Source: Candidatus Altimarinota bacterium
Lineage (GTDB): Bacteria > Patescibacteriota > Gracilibacteria > JBDHUY01
DNA length: 40,000 nucleotides
Assembly (NCBI GenBank): GCA_039809385.1
Contig: JBDHUY010000006.1
Span: 67,527-107,526, forward strand
Reading direction: 5' to 3'
Part shown: one piece after another, positions 29,137 to 37,393 of the stretch
How the letters are laid out: each line of letters opens with the position of its first letter
Numbering within the stretch: the first letter of the stretch is position 1
The notes under the pieces: model-generated
Database searches by the model: none
Told to the model about the DNA's origin: nothing
The model's input: the letters and a program-made list of their open reading frames with translations, nothing else
Position numbers and translations under genes: made by a program

Positions 29137-32100
29137 ATGAAACAATTGATCGAGAAACAAAGAGTGTGGCTCTACGCCGCACTGGGAGTGGGAGTATTGC
29201 TCCTGGCCGCCATCGCCTACTTTTTCACAAACGGGCGGCTGCTGACGTCAAACCTGATTCAGGCCACCGGATATCCGGTGAGCGTAGGGACCGTAGAAAG
29301 CCAGGTGACTGTCGGACCCAATCAAAGCTTTACGGTAAACTTGAAAGCCACCGGTGCGACTACCGCACGACCGCTGAAAGGCGTAAAACTGACACTTGAC
29401 CTCCCGAGTTCTTTGACAGGGAGCACTCCAACATTTAGCGCTGCCCCCGGGGTATCGGTCCAGGGAACCCCGCGGCTGGTCTCTGGCAATAAATTTGTAG
29501 TGTTAATGACTACCAGCATTACGAACGCCGATGCCCCACTGGGAACATTAACATTTCAGACCGGAGCAACCGTTACCAATAATACGCAGGTGTCTACTTT
29601 TAACCAGACCGGGACGCTTCTGGTCAGCGAAATATCGGGAACCGACGGAGTAGACCCGAACAGCTTTGTCACCTTCAATGTTCCCAACGGCGTATTGTTT
29701 AACTTGGTCGCCGGCAGCGGCGGGAACAATCAAAACACCAATAGTGGCGGCAATACGGGACCGTTTACCATCACCCATCGGGTTGTTAGCGGACAGGGAA
29801 CGATTAACCCCGCCAGTCCGATCACCGTCAACGGTGGCGACAGTGTCACCCTGGTTATCACACCCGGAACATGTAATGTACTGACATCTTTGACAGACAA
29901 CGGTGTCAATACTATGAACCGGGTCAGCCCGGTCGCGGCACTGGTCGCCGGTAACAGTTTTAATTATACGCTCGGAAATATTGATCAAAATCACGAAGTG
30001 CTGGTTTCGTTCGGAACCGATCCGGCTTGCGGAAACGGGAATGTCAATGCAGGAAATAATAACTTGAATGGCTTGAATGCGCCGGTCATTACCGCAATCA
30101 ACCCGACATCGGGGCCAACCGGCACAACCGTAACACTTACGGGTATTAATTTCAGTACTACCGGAAATACCGTTCGACTGACGAATGACGGCACCGGCGC
30201 TACTACCAATATTGTGCCTTCCGCGCAGAATACAACGTCGATCACCTTTACGGTTCCGGCCGGACTCCCGGTCGGTCCGTATACCGTCACGGTAGAAAAC
30301 GCCAACAATTTGACCAGTAACGGAGTGGCGTTTACCATCACGACCGGTGGTGGTGGCAATAATAATAACCAGAACGGTAATAACGGCAATACTAACCAGA
30401 ATAATGGAAACGGAAACGGCACTTTCACGATCGTCTTGAATCCGACTCAGGGACCGGTCGGAACTCCGGTTACAATCAGTACACCTGGCGGATTCCCCAA
30501 CGGTTCGACCAGCACAGTTACCTTTACCTGTCCGAACAATACTTCTGCCACGATCCAGGTAACGGCCTCAAACGGCACTCTGGACTTCAATGTTCCGGGA
30601 GGTCTGGCACAAGGCACCTGTACGGTAACCGTTACTAACGGTAACGGTACAGGTTCGGGGACGTTCACCATTACGGCCGGCGGAAACGGCAACCAGAACA
30701 ATGGGAACGGCTCATTGGGAGCAGTTACATTGACAAATATCAATCCGAGTAACACGAACTCCGGCCAAACCATTACGCTGACCGGTACCGGCTTCGGGAC
30801 GGCTGCCGGACAGACCAATACAGTCGTATTTGTTCCCACCGGTTACTGTCCGGGTCAGACCACGGTAACTTCTGCGGGAAACGCCAGCTCGGCTACCAGT
30901 ATGACCACCGTCGTACCGAGTTTGCGAGATTGTACCTATAACGTCTTTGTCCAGGTAAGCAACGGAACCCAGACAGTGAACAGCAACACCCTGCCCATTA
31001 CTATCGGTTCGGGTTCGTCCAACGGGAATGGAAACGGTAACGGCAATCCGAGCAATACCAGTGTCGGCATTACTCGCCTGGATCCGATCCAGGGACCGGT
31101 AACCACCGCGCTCGATATCTACGGATTCGGATTCGGTACTACGAACAACAATACGGTCTTCTTTGTCCCCGGCGGAAATTGTCCGGCTTCCCAGACCACC
31201 GTGGCGGTCAACAATGTCGATTCTACAGGCACATTCATCGACAACCTGGATATTCCCGATACCCTGGCAGTTTGTACCTACAGCGTCTATCTGTCTACGG
31301 GAGGCGTAAACAGCAACCCTGCCAAGTTTAACGTAACGGCCGCCGGAACCAATCCGGTTCAGCCGGCGACTATCAGCAATGTACAACCGAATCCAAGTCC
31401 TCAGGGTGGTCCGCTGACCATCACCGGTACGGGTTTCAATCCGGTTAATACAGTTACCATCACCTGCGGCGCTCAGACCGCGACTCTGACCAATGTACTG
31501 TCCAACGGCAATGAAATCAGGATCACGTTACCGGCAAATCTGGTCGGATCGTGTACCGTGGTAGTCGATAACGGCAACGGCCCGAGTAACGCTTTCCCGT
31601 TTGTCATTACTGCCGGCAACGCTAATCAAAACGGCAATAACAATAACACAAATGGCGGCAACGGAGGCAACAACAACAATAACAACGGCGGTCCCAACGT
31701 GCCTCAGAACGTGCGTGCCTTCGGCGATCCCCAGAGCAATCAGGTCATCGTGATCTGGGATCCGGTCACGAATGCTACCGGCTATAATATTTTCCGCATC
31801 AATGACGGACAAACGTGTGCTCAAGGACAGCAAGTAGGCAGCGTCGGAGCTCAAAATACGTTTACCTATAACGAAGGGACACCCGGAACATATCGTTACT
31901 GTGTTTCGGCAATCGTAGCGGGGACCGAAAGCGGTCGCGGCGGACCTTCCAACGCCGTCACAGTCGGAACAAACATGAACGGTTTCGTCGACGGTGGCAT
32001 CAATCCCGGCTTCCTGATCCTGCCGTTGAACTCGATTACCGGCATTCCGCTTACCGCCGACAACAATATCCCGGGCAATACGATTACTTGGACATTCCGC

Positions 32101-32352
32101 GGATTTAACCGCGACGGGACGGTCAATAACGGTCTGGTAACCGTAACTCCGACAACCGGAAGAACCACTACGGTAAAGCCGGTATTCGTTACCGCCAATG
32201 AAAACGGAGGTGTGGTGTTCGTCACAGCAACCGGAGATAACGGTACCTTCTCGACTATCCCGGTAATTGTGTGGAGACGCGGCGATACCGACGGAGATTT
32301 CGTTACCGGACCTGTCGATCAGAATAACGTGGTACGCGGATGGAATTACTAG
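29137..32352 (+). CDS. giant anchored surface protein: cohesin-like N-terminal domain, at least five IPT/TIG-like modules, FN3-like and Ig-like domains, C-terminal half-dockerin-like tail
   Basis: Signal anchor VWLYAALGVGVLLLAAIAYFF. A cohesin-like beta domain spans about 29269-29631. Repeats of the form INPTSGPTGTTVTLTGINF, LNPTQGPVGTPVTIS, LDPIQGPVTTALDIYGFGF, VQPNPSPQGGPLTITGTGF. FN3-like PQNVRAFGDPQSNQVIVIWDPVTNATGYNIFR. The tail reads GDTDGDFVTGPVDQNNVV. Confidence 0.8.
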   Translation: MKQLIEKQRVWLYAALGVGVLLLAAIAYFFTNGRLLTSNLIQATGYPVSVGTVESQVTVGPNQSFTVNLKATGATTARPLKGVKLTLDLPSSLTGSTPTFSAAPGVSVQGTPRLVSGNKFVVLMTTSITNADAPLGTLTFQTGATVTNNTQVSTFNQTGTLLVSEISGTDGVDPNSFVTFNVPNGVLFNLVAGSGGNNQNTNSGGNTGPFTITHRVVSGQGTINPASPITVNGGDSVTLVITPGTCNVLTSLTDNGVNTMNRVSPVAALVAGNSFNYTLGNIDQNHEVLVSFGTDPACGNGNVNAGNNNLNGLNAPVITAINPTSGPTGTTVTLTGINFSTTGNTVRLTNDGTGATTNIVPSAQNTTSITFTVPAGLPVGPYTVTVENANNLTSNGVAFTITTGGGGNNNNQNGNNGNTNQNNGNGNGTFTIVLNPTQGPVGTPVTISTPGGFPNGSTSTVTFTCPNNTSATIQVTASNGTLDFNVPGGLAQGTCTVTVTNGNGTGSGTFTITAGGNGNQNNGNGSLGAVTLTNINPSNTNSGQTITLTGTGFGTAAGQTNTVVFVPTGYCPGQTTVTSAGNASSATSMTTVVPSLRDCTYNVFVQVSNGTQTVNSNTLPITIGSGSSNGNGNGNGNPSNTSVGITRLDPIQGPVTTALDIYGFGFGTTNNNTVFFVPGGNCPASQTTVAVNNVDSTGTFIDNLDIPDTLAVCTYSVYLSTGGVNSNPAKFNVTAAGTNPVQPATISNVQPNPSPQGGPLTITGTGFNPVNTVTITCGAQTATLTNVLSNGNEIRITLPANLVGSCTVVVDNGNGPSNAFPFVITAGNANQNGNNNNTNGGNGGNNNNNNGGPNVPQNVRAFGDPQSNQVIVIWDPVTNATGYNIFRINDGQTCAQGQQVGSVGAQNTFTYNEGTPGTYRYCVSAIVAGTESGRGGPSNAVTVGTNMNGFVDGGINPGFLILPLNSITGIPLTADNNIPGNTITWTFRGFNRDGTVNNGLVTVTPTTGRTTTVKPVFVTANENGGVVFVTATGDNGTFSTIPVIVWRRGDTDGDFVTGPVDQNNVVRGWNY

Positions 32353-32473
32353 ACCACCGTACAACATACCGAGAGACTCTTCCTCTTCGCTATCGCTCAG
32401 ACAGAGTCAGAGTGACAGACCATCCACTCCCCGATCTCCCCACTCCGTTCTCCTTGCTAACCCCTTTAGCCCT

Positions 32474-33055
32474 ATGAAAAAACAATTCGTTGCCGTACTG
32501 GCCCTCTCAATGCTGCTAGCCGGCTGCGGTCAGTCCCAGCCTCAACGTCCGCAGACATCCGGAACGCCGGCAACTTCTACAACCAATGAAACCGGGAAGG
32601 ATGCTGGTCCCAAAGTCAAAAACTCCGATACAGGAAAGTTCCACGCCGTTTTCTCGCTGTCTAACGACAAACCGACCGTACGCGCCGGCGAAGAAATCGA
32701 AGTAGTGTTGCGGGTTTCAAACCTGGAAAAGCCGGTCTCTACCGTAACCGCATATCTGATGTTTAATAAAGACGTTTTAAACGCCGAAAGTGTAGACTTT
32801 AGCGATTCTGCCTTTCCGGTCGTATTCCGTAATAAAGTCGACAATGAAAGCGGAATGGTAGAAATGTCGAGCAGCAGCCGTACCGGCGTAACCGGCGACC
32901 AAAGCTATTTTGCCAAAGTGAAGTTCAAAGCGAAACAGGCGGGAACAAGCGACATTTTGTTCAACGCCGAAAAGCTGGCAGTACTCCTGGAAGACAACAC
33001 CGACGTGAAACCCGAAACAACCGATCTGCCCAAGTTGTCGGTAACTGTTCAATAA
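32474..33055 (+). CDS. cohesin-like domain lipoprotein
   Basis: Lipobox MKKQFVAVLALSMLLAGC. A single beta-sandwich-like domain follows: VRAGEEIEVVLRVSNLEKPVSTVTAYLMFNKDVLNAESVDF...ESGMVEMSSSS...YFAKVKFKAKQAGTSDILF, which matches the cohesin sequence pattern. I moved the start from 32267 to the ATG at 32474. Confidence 0.7.
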   Translation: MKKQFVAVLALSMLLAGCGQSQPQRPQTSGTPATSTTNETGKDAGPKVKNSDTGKFHAVFSLSNDKPTVRAGEEIEVVLRVSNLEKPVSTVTAYLMFNKDVLNAESVDFSDSAFPVVFRNKVDNESGMVEMSSSSRTGVTGDQSYFAKVKFKAKQAGTSDILFNAEKLAVLLEDNTDVKPETTDLPKLSVTVQ

Positions 33056-33176
33056 ATACGACCTTCTCCCTTTTAGGGAGAGGACAGGCAAGGAGGTACT
33101 TCCCTGTCCCTTCCTTAAAAAATAGAACATTGCTGTTCTTAAAGGAAACACATCTTATTCTCAAACAAAAATATAT

Positions 33177-34367
33177 ATGAAAAAGAGCTTCCAACTGGTG
33201 CTCGCGTCTCTGCTACTGTTGTTCGTCCAGAGTACGCCGGCTTTGGCCGCTCCGGATGCCGTTCTTTCTTTTACCCAAACTCCGGGAACGATTTGCGTGG
33301 GCCGGGACACAGCCTTTTCTATCCGGGTAAATACCGGATCGAATAATAATGTCTCAACCGTTACACCGTATTTCGAATATGATCCGGCATTTTTCGCTCT
33401 CCAGGGAACTGTTTCGACGAGCGGCGGAGCGTTTCCGGAAGTATACCGGAACAATCCTACCAGCAGCGGATTGGTAGAATTGTCGATGAGCGGGCAGCCC
33501 CAATCGGGAAGCAATTTGCTCGTGGCCAGTTTTAGCTTGCGTCCTACGCGTTCCGGTACCACGACGTTACGATTTGACTCAAAAGCGACCGTACTGATCA
33601 GTGACAATACCCCGGTGCTGGGATCTGCTCAAACCTTATCAATTACAATAAATCAAAACTGTTCGGGATCATCGTCCGGCGGAGGGTCTTCCGGAGGATC
33701 GGGTGGTGGAGGCTCCTCAGGTGGAGGGGGAGGCGGCGGAACGATCAGCCATCTGGCCTGTGTAAATAACCAGTGTACCCGGGTTGCCGGATTGGGCGCC
33801 GACGAATGCTCCCGCGTGGGAACCGGCTGCAGCTCTTCCGGTTCGTCTTCCGGCAGCAGCGGCAGCGGAACAGGTACCGGCAGTAGTTCGGGGTCGTCGT
33901 CGGGAAGCGGCGGAGTATCGCCCGACGAACTCGATCCGCAGTGCGAACAACCTGTTAACGTACACGCTGCGTCCAATAACGACGGCAGCGTAGAACTGCG
34001 CTGGGAGAACAACGATTCGCGCGTCAGTGCGTTCGAAGTACGTTACGGCACAGAAAGCAGCAATTATACAAAAACCGAATTTACCGCCAATATCCGCTCC
34101 CTGCTCATTACTGGCCTTGAAAAAGGTCGAACCTATTTTTTCTCCGTAGTAGCCTTCGGAGAATGCAATGCCAGCAACCCCAGCAACGAGGTGAGTGTTC
34201 AGGCACAAGCCGGATCGACCGGTATCGGATCCGGGAAACCGGCCGCCGGAACGGGAGCACTCCCCCCTAGAAGTACCTCGGCCGGAGCGGCATTGACCAT
34301 TCCGGCATTAATCGTGACGGGAATAACCACGTTTCTCGTGAGAAAGAAAAAGAAACCTTCAGCCTGA
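33177..34367 (+). CDS. secreted cohesin-like / FN3-like protein with a C-terminal sorting-signal-like anchor
   Basis: Signal peptide ending ALA-AP. Cohesin-like FSIRVNTGSNNNVSTVTPYFEYDPAFFALQG...GLVELSMSG...LVASFSLRPTRSGTTTLRF. A Gly/Ser linker, the 4-Cys module ISHLACVNNQCTRVAGLGADECSRVGTGC, and FN3-like PVNVHAASNNDGSVELRWEN. C-terminus: ALPPRSTSAG, a hydrophobic helix, then RKKKK. Confidence 0.75.
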   Translation: MKKSFQLVLASLLLLFVQSTPALAAPDAVLSFTQTPGTICVGRDTAFSIRVNTGSNNNVSTVTPYFEYDPAFFALQGTVSTSGGAFPEVYRNNPTSSGLVELSMSGQPQSGSNLLVASFSLRPTRSGTTTLRFDSKATVLISDNTPVLGSAQTLSITINQNCSGSSSGGGSSGGSGGGGSSGGGGGGGTISHLACVNNQCTRVAGLGADECSRVGTGCSSSGSSSGSSGSGTGTGSSSGSSSGSGGVSPDELDPQCEQPVNVHAASNNDGSVELRWENNDSRVSAFEVRYGTESSNYTKTEFTANIRSLLITGLEKGRTYFFSVVAFGECNASNPSNEVSVQAQAGSTGIGSGKPAAGTGALPPRSTSAGAALTIPALIVTGITTFLVRKKKKPSA

Positions 34368-34410
34368 TCTTTTTTTATCCGTTTTGTCGTTTTACTTTTA
34401 CATCTCACGT

Positions 34411-36930
34411 ATGGACACAAGCCAACCACAAACAAGCGGATCTCACCCCGGAGCACCGGCCGGCGTTAAATTCATTCATCTCGGTACTACACCCGCTTCT
34501 CATGCAGAGATGCAAAATCGAGACGATCTGAGAGAGGTTACCCCGAAAGTGAATACACAGAGCGCCGGCGAGAGTATACCACCGATAATACCGTCAGAAG
34601 GAAAAGGAACCGGTACCCCTCAACATCCCAAGCGCAAAAAAACCGGATTGGTAGCAGCGGTACTGGCGGGAGGAATTCTGGCGATAGGTGCTTTGTTTTT
34701 TACTCAGTCGTCGAACTTCTTTCGAGCCGACATTAACCCGACCGGCGATATTGCGTTTTTTCTCGAAAGCTCGAATCCGACAATCTGCGGAAACGGAGGA
34801 GTTTCAGACATTTCGATTGTGGTAACCGGCCAAACGCCGATTTCGACCGCTACAGCTTACTTGAATTATCCGGCAAACCTGGTCCAGGTAACTGCACCGA
34901 CAGTAACTGTACCGGCCGCCAGTCCATTTAGCGTAGTATTTCGCAACGAAATCGACTCAAACACGGGGCGGATCGAATTCTCGGTCAGTCCTGATGGTCA
35001 AGCACCGGCAACGTCGCCGGGGAGCGGCATAACTATTGGTACCTTCACGGTACGATCACTGCAAGAGAGCGGAACAGCCAACATAAGTTTCGATCTGGGA
35101 AAATCGGTAGCATTGGAACCGGGCAATATCAACTTGCTGCAGAGCGCCACCGGACTAAGTTTGACACTTGCCGATGCCAACTGTAATACGAACGGGAATC
35201 AGAATCAAAACGGGAACGGCAATAACAACGTAAACAATAACGGCAACAGCAATCAAAATGCTAACGCAAACCAAAACGGCAATGGCAATACCAACATGAA
35301 CGGAGGAAGCTCCTCCGGAGGCGGTTCTTCCGGCGGAGGAAATAATAACAATATCAACCAGAATCAAAACGGGAATACCAATGGCAATATCGACACGAAT
35401 GGAAATGCAAACGGCAATCAGAATAGCAACGTGAATACCAACACGAACGGAGGAAGCTCCTCCGGAGGCGGTTCTTCCGGCGGAGGAAATAATAACAATA
35501 TCAACCAGAATCAAAACGGGAATACCAACGGCAATATCGACACGAATGGAAATGGAAACGGCAACCAGAATAGCAACGTGAATACCAACACGAACGGAGG
35601 AAGCTCCTCCGGAGGCGGTTCTTCCGGCGGAGGAAATAACAACAATACCAATCAAAATCAGAACACCAATGCCAATAATGGGAATGGCAATACGAACTCG
35701 GGCATTACGCTCAATCCGCTGAATCCGTCTTCGGGTCCGGTAGGAACGACAGTAGTAGCCACGGGTACGGGATTTTCCCCCACCGGCAATACGATCACGC
35801 TCACCTGCAGCAATAATCAGATTCGTACCATTTCGAATGTTTCCAGTACGAACAACGGGACCCGCCTGGTCTTTGTCATTCCTTCTAATATAACCGTCGG
35901 CAGTACCTGCAGTGTTACCGTCACCAATAGCAACGGACAAACCAGTAACGCCCAGCCTTTTACCGTCACGTCTCCGTCTTCCAGCAGTGGTGGCGGTGGT
36001 TCGTCGGGCGGAGGCGGCGGGGGTGGTGGTGGAGGTCGCATTACCCACCTGGCGTGTTTTAACAATCAGTGCGTGCTGGCAACCGGTCCCGGTCCGGACG
36101 AATGTACCAGAGCCGGAATCGCTTGTACTTCAAGCGGCAGTAGCGGCGGCGGTACCACCAATCGTGCACCGGTATTTACCAATATCCAGCCGGCACCGTT
36201 TAGCGTCGGCAATCCCATAAATCCACCGATCCGCTTCGAAATAACCGACCCCGACAACGACGACATTGATCGTAACAGCATCCGGCTGGTCATCGACGGA
36301 GTCCAAGTAACCCCGACGATTACCGGCACCGATAATAAACGGATTTTCGTTTCGTACCAACCGAACAATTTGACTACCCCGCGACGGGTCTATGTACAGC
36401 TACAGGCAGCCGATACTCGTAATCCGGCGGCCGTCGGCACCTACGATTACTGGTTCATTATCGGTAATGACGAAAGCCGCGCTACGCTGTGTCCTACTCC
36501 CGGGAATCTGCGGGGAAGTGTTAGCGGCCAGAATATTACTTTAACCTGGGATCCGAGCCCCGATACCAATGTCACGGGCTATACCCTCTATATCGGAGAA
36601 TCGCAAGATAATCTGAACCGGGTAGAACAATTGGGCGCGATTACAAGTATAACGCTCTCGGGTTTTACCGCCGGGCGCCAGTACTATTTTGTTTTAACTG
36701 CGAGTGGCTTGTGCAGCGAAAGCGACTATTCGAATATGATCTCGTTGACTGCCGGGCAAGGACCGGCCAGCGGAACCTACCGGCCGCCTCGTACCAATCC
36801 GGCCTATCCGCCGGGGTATACGCCCCCGGTAAAATTTCCCGATTCGCTACCAAAGACCGGCCCGCCTCTGCTCATTTCCGCAGGCATCGGCGCCCTCTAC
36901 TGGGCAATGCGTCGGAAGAAGAAAAAATAA
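34411..36930 (+). CDS. membrane/cell-wall-anchored cohesin-like protein with Asn-rich tandem repeats, IPT-like and FN3-like modules and an LPKTG sorting signal
   Basis: TM helix LVAAVLAGGILAIGALFF. A cohesin-like domain spans about 34746-35175 (ISIVVTGQTPISTATAYLNYPANLVQV...GRIEFSVSP...IGTFTVRSLQESGTANISF). 49-aa repeats. IPT-like LNPSSGPVGTTVVATGTGF. 4-Cys module ITHLACFNNQCVLATGPGPDECTRAGIAC. FN3-like PGNLRGSVSGQNITLTWDP. C-terminus: LPKTG, a hydrophobic stretch, then RRKKKK. The start could be TTG at 34384 or ATG at 34411. Confidence 0.8.
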   Translation: MDTSQPQTSGSHPGAPAGVKFIHLGTTPASHAEMQNRDDLREVTPKVNTQSAGESIPPIIPSEGKGTGTPQHPKRKKTGLVAAVLAGGILAIGALFFTQSSNFFRADINPTGDIAFFLESSNPTICGNGGVSDISIVVTGQTPISTATAYLNYPANLVQVTAPTVTVPAASPFSVVFRNEIDSNTGRIEFSVSPDGQAPATSPGSGITIGTFTVRSLQESGTANISFDLGKSVALEPGNINLLQSATGLSLTLADANCNTNGNQNQNGNGNNNVNNNGNSNQNANANQNGNGNTNMNGGSSSGGGSSGGGNNNNINQNQNGNTNGNIDTNGNANGNQNSNVNTNTNGGSSSGGGSSGGGNNNNINQNQNGNTNGNIDTNGNGNGNQNSNVNTNTNGGSSSGGGSSGGGNNNNTNQNQNTNANNGNGNTNSGITLNPLNPSSGPVGTTVVATGTGFSPTGNTITLTCSNNQIRTISNVSSTNNGTRLVFVIPSNITVGSTCSVTVTNSNGQTSNAQPFTVTSPSSSSGGGGSSGGGGGGGGGGRITHLACFNNQCVLATGPGPDECTRAGIACTSSGSSGGGTTNRAPVFTNIQPAPFSVGNPINPPIRFEITDPDNDDIDRNSIRLVIDGVQVTPTITGTDNKRIFVSYQPNNLTTPRRVYVQLQAADTRNPAAVGTYDYWFIIGNDESRATLCPTPGNLRGSVSGQNITLTWDPSPDTNVTGYTLYIGESQDNLNRVEQLGAITSITLSGFTAGRQYYFVLTASGLCSESDYSNMISLTAGQGPASGTYRPPRTNPAYPPGYTPPVKFPDSLPKTGPPLLISAGIGALYWAMRRKKKK
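35302..35660 (+). repeat. 147-bp in-frame tandem repeat (two near-identical copies plus a diverged partial third)
   Basis: Copies start at 35302, 35449 and 35596. By direct comparison copies 1 and 2 differ at 3 of 147 positions. They encode GGSSSGGGSSGGGNNNNINQNQNGNTNGNIDTNGN(A/G)NGNQNSNVNTNTN. Confidence 0.85.
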
Positions 36931-37020
36931 CCGAATCCTTCTCTGCCTCCAATTCAAAAAACGCTCTCTTTCGGCAAAACGATCGAGGGCGTTTTTCAAA
37001 TCAAAAAACATCATTGAGTT

Positions 37021-37040
37021 TGTTAACTTATATGTTAACA
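37021..37040. promoter_or_regulatory. inverted repeat upstream of the antitoxin gene (candidate autoregulatory operator)
   Basis: tgttaac-ttatat-gttaaca, 33 nt upstream of the vapB-like ATG. Confidence 0.3.
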
Positions 37041-37072
37041 TTATTGTATACAAAATCTGTTACTATATACGT

Positions 37073-37363
37073 ATGAGAACTACAGCAACTGCGAAACGAC
37101 GGGTACACGTCGTTTTCTCACAAGATCTTATTGACGAGATCGACAAGCTGGTCGGAAAACGGAAACGCAGTGCTTTCATGAGTGAGGCGGCTAGGCGGAA
37201 GATGATATCATTGCGGCAATTACGAGCTTTGGACCAAGCTATCGGAGCCTGGAAAGACGAAGATCACCCTGAGTGGCAAAACGGATCGTCGGAATGGATA
37301 AGAGCTATGCGTCAAGAAAGCGAAAGCAGGTTCCAAGAACTTGAAAAACGCAGAGATTCCTAA
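37073..37363 (+). CDS. ribbon-helix-helix (CopG/VapB-like) antitoxin
   Basis: RRVHVVFSQDLIDEIDKLVGKRKRSAFMSEAARRKM is an RHH beta-strand/helix/helix pattern. The gene is small and lies directly upstream of a PIN gene. Confidence 0.65.
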   Translation: MRTTATAKRRVHVVFSQDLIDEIDKLVGKRKRSAFMSEAARRKMISLRQLRALDQAIGAWKDEDHPEWQNGSSEWIRAMRQESESRFQELEKRRDS

Positions 37364-37393
37364 CTGCTTTCTGTATAATAATTTCCGCATAGT

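Noticed and set aside
32267-32473. 5' extension of the cohesin lipoprotein ORF, overlapping the end of the 29137 gene
   Set aside because: The internal ATG at 32474 begins a textbook lipoprotein signal (MKKQFVAVLALSMLLAGC). The extension is Ser/Pro/Arg-rich and overlaps the upstream gene by 86 nt.
35302-35660. Tandem repeats as a possible CRISPR array
   Set aside because: The units are 147 bp, contiguous with no spacers, in frame inside a long CDS, and encode an Asn/Gly/Ser linker.
20811-36368. Many long alternative-frame ORFs inside the surface-protein genes (for example 20875-21768, 27007-27510, 30712-31386, 31528-32367, 33717-34208, 35155-36048)
   Set aside because: They overlap much longer ORFs that have signal peptides and recognisable modules. 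Their translations are Arg/Ser/Gly/Ile low-complexity, as expected from the opposite strand of Thr/Gly/Asn-rich coding DNA.
25762-36930. Interpreting the locus as a bona fide cellulosome
   Set aside because: I could recognise no glycoside hydrolase, carbohydrate esterase, polysaccharide lyase or CBM-like segment in any of the five proteins, so I report only the cohesin/dockerin assembly principle.
25762-36930. A diversity-generating retroelement targeting the surface proteins
   Set aside because: There is no reverse transcriptase gene in the window, and I found no template/variable repeat pair differing at adenines. The only long DNA repeat is the 147-bp linker repeat.
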